Virus record (IMG/VR): IMGVR_UViG_3300024249_000008
Coordinates: 1 to 51,055 of that record
Direction: 5' to 3' (one strand)
Source of the DNA: a virus
Lineage: Duplodnaviria; Caudoviricetes
Length of the DNA: 51,055 nt
Part shown: positions 1-6,828 of the stretch, piece after piece
Numbering within the stretch: position 1 is the stretch's first letter
Layout: the number at the start of each line of letters is the position of its first letter
Notes under the pieces: model-generated
What the model saw: only the letters and a program-made list of their open reading frames with translations
The model's database searches: none
What the model was told of the DNA's origin: nothing
Position numbers and translations under genes: made by a program

Positions 1-44
1 CTTCTCACTCTGAACAACGTGTAAAGCATCCAGATGAACGTAGC

Positions 45-1571
45 GTGTTTTACCGAATGCTCAACGGCAAAGATGTAAGAGGTGAAGGTGAGAAAGTAAC
101 CCATCTTTTACCAGAGACACAACAATCAAAGCAAGATGATACCTCATTCAGTTTTGATGCAGATGATGAAGAGACTGTCCTCCCTATCCAGAAGAATGAT
201 GGGATTTTTCGTTTCTCTGAACTATTAGCAAGTGGCTTTAGACCGACAATCAACAAGATATTCGTTGGTCGGACAATGGATGGCAAGGACATTTTTGTTA
301 CGGCTAGCGATTTATGCCATGTTGCTTTAGCAGGCAAAACCGGAGGTGGTAAAGGTTCACTAGAACGCTTAATCATGGTGCAACTGTGCTATATAGGCGC
401 TCGTACCCTGTTACTTAATCCACATTACATGAGGTGGGTTGTTGCTGACAATGGCCCTCAATTTGATGAGGATTGGACGCCATTTGAAGGGCTAAATCCT
501 CGTAAGAATAATAAGCCCTACCTAGAAGCGTCTCCTCTCGATTGCGCGGATTTTGAGCCAATTGGAAAGTATCTTGCGTGGTCTGTGGGAACTGAATTAC
601 AGAAACGTAAAAGAGAGGGCCGTGAAGGTGGCAAAAAGTTTAAACCCTTTTTCATTGTGATAGACGAATGGCCTTCAATTGTCGCTAAAATCAAAGAAGC
701 ACCAGGGCATTTAGGGGAACTCTTGAGGGAGGGACGTAAATTTGGCATTTTTGTTATTCTCACCTCTCAGGATTTTCAAGTAAAAACCTTGGGAATGGAG
801 GGTGGCAGCATACGCAACTGTTTCTTAACAGTGTTCTATACGGGTGGAGATAAGACAACGGCAAAGGAACTTCTGCACTATGAGAAGGTGGCAGATATAC
901 CAGAAAATAGTCTTGGGAAAGGTGTCATTCTTATACGTTGTAAAGGCACCAATAATGAGCCTATACTTGCGCGTGTTCCTTTTGTTGACAATGAAGCAGT
1001 CTATACACTCTTAGGCCCGTCAACCTTTAAGAAAGCTGCTACAACCTCAGAAAAACAATATAGAGAGGTTGAGACAGCAGAGCCTCAAATTGATTGGAAT
1101 GCAGAAGAGGATAATGAACCACATACGCAGGCACCTAAACGAGAGGTAACTCTTACCTTAGAACAGTTGTTGGCTATCCAGGGACAGCTACCAGTAAGAA
1201 ACACTGACGATCTGCCCGTGGAAGACACAAGGGTGTTACGATCTCCTTACTACGAGCAGACAACACAGTATTATCAATCACAGTATCGGACAGAGCCAGA
1301 TTTAGATGAGCGACGTGTTGATCAGATACCGACGATGGTACAGCGTAATGAACAGGCAATGGTATCACAGCAACCCGTACAAAAGTTGTCACCAGCAAAG
1401 ACAACGCTAGAACAAAGAGCTGCATTGAAAGTCGGTGAAGGTTATCGGTATTGGAGTGCTGGACATAATAGCGTTCGCAAACTTCAAAAAGCGTCTGGGT
1501 GGTCAGATGGATTTACAAGAGCAGTCATAAAAGCAATGGTCAATCAGGGACTTATTGAAAGGCAATGGTAG
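45..1571 (+). CDS. FtsK/SpoIIIE (TraB-like) P-loop DNA translocase, probably 5'-truncated
   Basis: Walker A GKTGGGKG, Walker B IVIDE, GRKFGIFVILTSQ motif. C-terminal SVRKLQKASGWSDGFTRAVIKAMVNQGLI resembles an FtsK-gamma winged helix. Frame is open back to position 3. Confidence 0.75.
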   Translation: MFYRMLNGKDVRGEGEKVTHLLPETQQSKQDDTSFSFDADDEETVLPIQKNDGIFRFSELLASGFRPTINKIFVGRTMDGKDIFVTASDLCHVALAGKTGGGKGSLERLIMVQLCYIGARTLLLNPHYMRWVVADNGPQFDEDWTPFEGLNPRKNNKPYLEASPLDCADFEPIGKYLAWSVGTELQKRKREGREGGKKFKPFFIVIDEWPSIVAKIKEAPGHLGELLREGRKFGIFVILTSQDFQVKTLGMEGGSIRNCFLTVFYTGGDKTTAKELLHYEKVADIPENSLGKGVILIRCKGTNNEPILARVPFVDNEAVYTLLGPSTFKKAATTSEKQYREVETAEPQIDWNAEEDNEPHTQAPKREVTLTLEQLLAIQGQLPVRNTDDLPVEDTRVLRSPYYEQTTQYYQSQYRTEPDLDERRVDQIPTMVQRNEQAMVSQQPVQKLSPAKTTLEQRAALKVGEGYRYWSAGHNSVRKLQKASGWSDGFTRAVIKAMVNQGLIERQW

Positions 1572-1726
1572 TGTGGTGGTTACTGTGTTGTGGTGTGTGG
1601 GTGGATCAAGGCAACTGCAATTTTTTGTAGTTTGAGCTTGAAAATGGCTTGAGAACAGCCCAAACACACCCACACACCACAAAAAGACACACCACACTAC
1701 CACACTAGCAACACAGTGAATCACAC
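1566..1726. repeat. GTGTGG/CCACAC-rich nested inverted-repeat locus
   Basis: Perfect IRs 1566-1578/1690-1702 (13 bp), 1588-1603/1667-1682 (16 bp) and 1582-1590/1709-1717 (9 bp). Confidence 0.85.
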
Positions 1727-1738
1727 AGGAGGTTAGTT

Positions 1739-1870
1739 ATGTGGCAAGGCATAATCGAGATCATAGAAGCGTCGTACCCCGTCCTGGGATTGTTACTTGT
1801 TGGATTAGTTGTATCGCCTCTATCCTGGCTATCACAGGTGGGCAGGCGTGAGAAGAAAAGGAGGTCGTAG
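1739..1870 (+). CDS. 43-aa single-TM membrane peptide (not in ORF track)
   Basis: AGGAGG RBS; MWQGIIEIIEASYPVLGLLLVGLVVSPLSWLSQVGRREKKRRS; ends next to the following start codon. Confidence 0.7.
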   Translation: MWQGIIEIIEASYPVLGLLLVGLVVSPLSWLSQVGRREKKRRS

Positions 1871-1871
1871 G

Positions 1872-3203
1872 ATGATTATTACACAGCAGCAAGGACAAGA
1901 AGAGAGTGCAGCCATGCAGTTCTGGCGTAAACTGATGGAGCAGCATCCAAATATTCATGGAATACTTGTTATTATTGGCTCAGTCATGGGCTTTTTCTTT
2001 AATGGTCACTTTCTGGTAAAGACAACTCAATGGGCGGTTCGCGTAAGTGGTTATGTGGCTGAGAGTGCCCTGCTCGTTGCTGTTTTGTGGATGAGTGCTA
2101 CTAGTGTAGCGCCGGGACTGGTGGAACTTTTTATGTCAGAGCAGGCTATGCAGTATTTTGTGTGGCTGTCTCTCGTTATCCTGGCGCTTATTCCAGAACT
2201 GATTCTTGCTAATGCGGTAGTTAGTGTTATCTGGCACTGGTATCGAGTGAGATTACAACCAAAAAACATTGTGGGTTGGGCATGGGCCCTTCTTTTCAGT
2301 GTGCCTACATGTTTTTTCTTTTATCTTACCTGGGTAACGATTGCTAATCTTGCTAACCATCATGGGAATTTTGTTCAGGCGACTACTGACATTGTGAACC
2401 TCCGATGTCTTGCGGGTTGGATCTACGGATTGCTTTCATTGGTCTATGCTGGCGTGGGTAAAAAATTGCAAAATCTCACACCAATTTTTTCTGTCAATTC
2501 TGTTGCTTCTGCAGAGGTAGATTACAACGTTCTTGCTGAAAAAGTTGGCGAATTGTTAGCACCTAAGATAGCTCAAATCCAGGCAAATTTTGCGGCTAAA
2601 ATTCCAGTGGTAGATTATCAAAAAATTACGTCTGATGTCCTTGCTAATTTGCCTCAAATTGCGCCAGTAAGTGAAGAAGAAATCGTTCAAAAAATAGCAA
2701 ATTCTTTGCAAGAAAATCAAGTTGTTTTGAACGCAGAAATAGATCAAAAATTGTCAAAAGTTCAGGAAGATTTTACTGCTAAAATTGGCGAGATTTCCGC
2801 AAAAAATCAGACAGTGCAATCTTCAATTTCCGAGCAAAAAACAAGTGAAAATTTGCTCTGGACACCTTCAAAAAATGTCTCAAAAACTGAGGGAATTTTT
2901 GATCAATTTGGGCAAGTTTTACAAGGAAAAACAAGTAAAAAAAATACCGATCCTGAGCTAAAAATTGTTCAAAAATCTCCTACAACACAACCGTTAAATT
3001 TATCGGAAAATGCAACAAAAAATTTGATAGGTTTGACTTATCAGGATGCAACAAGATTGCCAATTTGCCAGAAGAAAAACATCAAAGTTTCGGACATAAA
3101 AGTCGCTATAAAATCAGGCGATTTGAAAGCAAAAAGTGATGGATCAGTGGCAAAGTCAGCCATTGAAAATTGGGCAAGAAATTTTAGAGAAAAAGTTTCG
3201 TAG
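1872..3203 (+). CDS. Multi-pass membrane protein with coiled/low-complexity region and a possible C-terminal DNA-binding domain (Spd-like)
   Basis: AAGGAGG RBS before ATG 1872; about 5 hydrophobic segments in the N-terminal half; lies beside the FtsK-like gene. Confidence 0.65.
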   Translation: MIITQQQGQEESAAMQFWRKLMEQHPNIHGILVIIGSVMGFFFNGHFLVKTTQWAVRVSGYVAESALLVAVLWMSATSVAPGLVELFMSEQAMQYFVWLSLVILALIPELILANAVVSVIWHWYRVRLQPKNIVGWAWALLFSVPTCFFFYLTWVTIANLANHHGNFVQATTDIVNLRCLAGWIYGLLSLVYAGVGKKLQNLTPIFSVNSVASAEVDYNVLAEKVGELLAPKIAQIQANFAAKIPVVDYQKITSDVLANLPQIAPVSEEEIVQKIANSLQENQVVLNAEIDQKLSKVQEDFTAKIGEISAKNQTVQSSISEQKTSENLLWTPSKNVSKTEGIFDQFGQVLQGKTSKKNTDPELKIVQKSPTTQPLNLSENATKNLIGLTYQDATRLPICQKKNIKVSDIKVAIKSGDLKAKSDGSVAKSAIENWARNFREKVS

Positions 3204-3218
3204 AAAAGGAGGTAATAC

Positions 3219-3371
3219 ATGGCAACAGACGGCTACTATATTAGCACCATTCTTGACATAGCAACAACAGTTAGTGAATGGGTGTCAGACGTTATCAATG
3301 ATCTGACAAAGACAAAGGAACAGGAAACCGAAGAAGGACAACCGAAAGAGGAAAGAGATTGGAGGGAATAG
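3219..3371 (+). CDS. 50-aa hypothetical protein (not in ORF track)
   Basis: AAGGAGGT RBS; MATDGYYISTILDIATT...; fills the gap between neighbouring genes. Confidence 0.7.
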   Translation: MATDGYYISTILDIATTVSEWVSDVINDLTKTKEQETEEGQPKEERDWRE

Positions 3372-3372
3372 C

Positions 3373-3621
3373 ATGAGACTCGTTTATGATTTTCCGTGGT
3401 CAATGCCTGTTGATTGGCCCGACAATTACAAGCAACTTACTCAGGTTGTCGAGGATGGAGACGAGGAAACGCTTTACATCGATTATCAAGATAAGCATTT
3501 TTCACGCCCGATGACACAGTTAGAAGTGGAGGCAGCAACGACAAGGACTTTTAGACAACACATGGAAGTGAGCAGAGAATACGTTACTTTTGACGTATCG
3601 CATACAAAGCAAACATGCTAA
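3373..3621 (+). CDS. hypothetical protein
   Basis: GGAGG RBS, operon position. Confidence 0.7.
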   Translation: MRLVYDFPWSMPVDWPDNYKQLTQVVEDGDEETLYIDYQDKHFSRPMTQLEVEAATTRTFRQHMEVSREYVTFDVSHTKQTC

Positions 3622-3626
3622 ATTTA

Positions 3627-3662
3627 AGGAGGCAGGTTATCATACAACCTACCTCCTTTTTA
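3627..3662 (+). terminator. intrinsic terminator
   Basis: AAGGAGGCAGGTT...AACCTACCTCCTT followed by a T-run. Confidence 0.7.
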
Positions 3663-3714
3663 CATGGCAACAAAACTTTTATCCACAACTAGTATACACA
3701 ACAGGAGAGATGCA

Positions 3715-3996
3715 ATGGAGCAGGAAACGGAAGAAATTACGAGAGTAGCAACACGAGAAGAGGTTAATGAACGTTTAGAGATGTTGACGAAGGTACATGT
3801 CTTTGATGATCAGGCTAATTATGACTACAGGTGTATTGCCGCAAACAAAGATTCAACCCGTGACGAGATAACTGCAGCTCTTTATCACAGACAGGAAACA
3901 GAAGCTCAATATGTAAGACTAAGTAAATGGCTCTGGGCAAATACGCCAAACGGTATTCGTTACGATCACGATGCAAAGAAGTATGTCCTTCGCTGA
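3715..3996 (+). CDS. hypothetical protein
   Basis: AGGAG RBS before ATG 3715. Confidence 0.65.
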   Translation: MEQETEEITRVATREEVNERLEMLTKVHVFDDQANYDYRCIAANKDSTRDEITAALYHRQETEAQYVRLSKWLWANTPNGIRYDHDAKKYVLR

Positions 3997-4354
3997 TTTG
4001 GAGTCCTGGTTATACTCTAGTAAGATGTGCAGGTTTTTTACGGTTATTCTATGACGCGAAAAAGATTTCACCTGCACATCCACCCCAGACAATCTAATTT
4101 TCCACCACAGGGACAATATGTTATACTCTCATTAAGAGTCGATGCCCTAACTAAATCACGAAGACTAAACGAAAACAATTGTCCACAAAACAAAGAACCC
4201 CATTTTACATCGACTCTTTTCCTTTTCATCAATCACTTTCACTTTGAATTTCCATAACATGAAACCTGTGCTATACTTGTGTATGAGATGCCGTTGTGGG
4301 AGTATGGCAGGTGTGATGGTAGATGTATTACGGTATCTGATGATGTGATCTTAC

Positions 4355-4390
4355 AGAGCACGCTTGCTATACTGTCGGCGTGCTCTTTTT
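4355..4390 (+). terminator. intrinsic terminator with an extended -10 (TGCTATACT) in its loop
   Basis: AGAGCACGC...GCGTGCTCT followed by a T-run. Confidence 0.7.
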
Positions 4391-4407
4391 GTTTGTGGTG
4401 ATGATAG

Positions 4408-4674
4408 GTGGTCGTGGTGGTTCAACAACTGGAAAAGTTTGAGCAATTTCATAGAGAGCATCCAGACGTGTATAGGCAGTTTGCTACACTCTGCTATGAG
4501 TTGTGGCAAAGCGATATACGTCATTTTGCCGCTCACTCCATTCTTACGGTGATTCGATTTAACCACGCCCTTGCACATCACAACACTTCACTCAAGATAC
4601 CCGCCCCGTACTCATCGCGCTATGCTGAAATGCTGGTGAAAGAGGATGGACGGTTTTGTGGTTTTTTTAAGTGA
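4408..4674 (+). CDS. conserved phage hypothetical protein
   Basis: FxxFHxxxPxVY...IRF...RYA...GFF pattern recalled from small phage proteins. Confidence 0.6.
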   Translation: MVVVVQQLEKFEQFHREHPDVYRQFATLCYELWQSDIRHFAAHSILTVIRFNHALAHHNTSLKIPAPYSSRYAEMLVKEDGRFCGFFK

Positions 4675-4925
4675 GGAGAGACACGAGACATGACAAGCAG
4701 AAAAGACAATCTTCTAACTGTATTGCTGTGTTGTGTTCCGTTTGTTGTTTCTCCTTTCGTGTCCCTTTCCTTCTTTCTTGTGTGTGGAATGGCAGGTAGA
4801 CGTACAACTACCTGCTTTCCTCTCAGCTAATATCAATGATATGTAATAGATGAATCATGAATAGTCTGAAGCTAAAATATATACAACAGAATAATAAATC
4901 AAGTGGCTTGCAGAGCGGTTTTATA

Positions 4926-5033
4926 TGGACTAAAACACTACAATATGATATAATTGAGGTGTTAAAATTGTTGTGCCATCGCGGTACTGGAAATACCCGA
5001 TGGCGTGAGCGAAACCTTTCAAGGAGGTTTGCT
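4926..5033 (+). promoter_or_regulatory. sigma70-type promoter and structured 5' leader of the HNH gene
   Basis: TGGACT-17-TATAAT with TG extension (4926-4954); hairpin 4975-5004; second hairpin AAACCT/AGGTTT overlapping the AAGGAGG RBS. Confidence 0.75.
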
Positions 5034-6371
5034 ATGGATAATATACCACCTCATGCATTTTTTCAGCAAGAACTACCATTTGATACTTCTCCTCAATTAG
5101 AAAAACAGTGTACAGGACCGTGTAATAGAGTACTTCCAGCAACTAATGAGTTCTTTCATCGATGGGCAGCTAACAAAAAAGATGGATTAAAAAACATCTG
5201 TAAAGAATGTTTGAAGGCTTACTCACGCGAATATAGCAAACGCCCTGGATTCAGAGAGCATGTAAATGAGTATCGGAAAGAACGCTATCATCAGGACACA
5301 GAATTTCGTGAACGATCTCTTGCAACGCAGAAAGAACGCTATCAACGCCCTGAGGTAAAACAAAAAATCCTCGATCAGTGCAAAGAGTATCGCAATCGCC
5401 CTGATATATATGAAAAACGAAGATCATATCAGGAAACTTATCGCAATCGCCCCGAAAACAAAGAAAGAAAACGTGTCTTAAGTCGTCGCCCTGAGTATTT
5501 GGAAAGAAAGCGGGAAGCAGATAGAAAGTATCGCAATCGTCCCGAAGTTAAAGCTAGATTGGCTGCCCACTATAAGGACTATCGAAGTCAACCAGAAGTA
5601 CAAGAGCGCATACGTGCCTATCGTCAGCGTCCAGATGTTCTAGAAAGAGCGCGGGAAAGAAGCAAAAATTATTACCGTGATCCACAAAAACGTCAACAGA
5701 TTTTAGCACGCAATAAAGCCTATCGTGATCGTTTAGGGAGCCGAGAGAAGCGAAACTCTTACTATTATCGCCCGGAGGTCCATCAGCGGATACGTGCTCA
5801 ACAAAAATCTCGTTATCAGCGTCCTGAGGTAAGACAAAAAATCCAATCTCAACAAAAGGAATATCTTAGTAGACCGGAAGTCCGAGAGCGTAAGCATATA
5901 AACGACAAAGCTTATAGTGATGCCTATCGCCAACAGCCTAAAAATCGAGAAAGAAAACAGATTTGGACTCAATCTTATCTAGATCGCCCAGAAATCCAAG
6001 AACAAAGACGTTCTTATGGTAAGGTTTATCGTCAGCGTCCAGACGTTAGGGCAAGGAACAGGGTAAAAGCCTTAACTCGTGCAGCTCGCAAAAAATCTGT
6101 TAAGGGAACTTATACTGCTGCTCAAGTTCAAGAACAATTAAAACGTCAGCATTATCGATGTTATTACGCGGCTTGTGGACACGCCAAATTTAAGAGGGTT
6201 AAAGGTAAGTATGTCTATCATGTCGATCATACGTTTCCATTGAGTCGTGTTGCTGGTAGTGATATCCCTGCCAACGATATGAGTTATCTTGTACTTACAT
6301 GCCCTTACTGCAATACAAGTAAGGGTGATAAATTTCCCTGGGAATGGAACAAAGGTGGAAGATTATTATGA
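5034..6371 (+). CDS. HNH endonuclease with N-terminal Zn finger and about 17 helical repeats
   Basis: AAGGAGG RBS before ATG 5034; CTGPC...CKEC; YRxRPEV repeats; CYYAAC...HVDH...CPYCNTSK. Confidence 0.9.
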   Translation: MDNIPPHAFFQQELPFDTSPQLEKQCTGPCNRVLPATNEFFHRWAANKKDGLKNICKECLKAYSREYSKRPGFREHVNEYRKERYHQDTEFRERSLATQKERYQRPEVKQKILDQCKEYRNRPDIYEKRRSYQETYRNRPENKERKRVLSRRPEYLERKREADRKYRNRPEVKARLAAHYKDYRSQPEVQERIRAYRQRPDVLERARERSKNYYRDPQKRQQILARNKAYRDRLGSREKRNSYYYRPEVHQRIRAQQKSRYQRPEVRQKIQSQQKEYLSRPEVRERKHINDKAYSDAYRQQPKNRERKQIWTQSYLDRPEIQEQRRSYGKVYRQRPDVRARNRVKALTRAARKKSVKGTYTAAQVQEQLKRQHYRCYYAACGHAKFKRVKGKYVYHVDHTFPLSRVAGSDIPANDMSYLVLTCPYCNTSKGDKFPWEWNKGGRLL

Positions 6372-6423
6372 TTGCATATTCTGTCAACCATAGTAATCAA
6401 CTTCCATATTAATGAGGCTATAA

Positions 6424-6828
6424 ATGGGTCGAGGGACCAAACAGAAAGATATAAATAGTAGTGAAAGGGCAGCATTAGCCCTTTCACTACGGAAACAAGG
6501 ACTTACACTAGAGGAGATTGCCCTTAAATGTGGCTACCAAGATAAGTCAGGCGCTTATCGTGCAATTAAGCGATGTCTTGATGAACTGCCTGTGGAAGAC
6601 GCTGTTGAATTACGTAAGATGGAAGTGATGAGGTTGGATGCGCTTTTAGCAGAGTGTTGGGAATTAGCCATGAACAAAGAGTATCGTTCTCGACTATTTG
6701 CAATGGACAGAGTTCTTGCCATAAGTGAAAGACGCGCCCGGCTACTTGGAATCGAGGTTAGCCCTAATGACGCTCCTAGAGGAGCAACGATTGTACGTGA
6801 GTATGGCGCAAATATAGGTGACGTATGA
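6424..6828 (+). CDS. terS: terminase small subunit
   Basis: N-terminal HTH (LTLEEIALKCGY); ERRARLLG motif; ATGA overlap with terL. Confidence 0.8.
   Translation: MGRGTKQKDINSSERAALALSLRKQGLTLEEIALKCGYQDKSGAYRAIKRCLDELPVEDAVELRKMEVMRLDALLAECWELAMNKEYRSRLFAMDRVLAISERRARLLGIEVSPNDAPRGATIVREYGANIGDV

Noticed and set aside
4857-5033. Longer N-terminus of the HNH given in the ORF track
   Set aside because: This stretch contains the promoter and leader hairpins; the strong RBS points to ATG 5034
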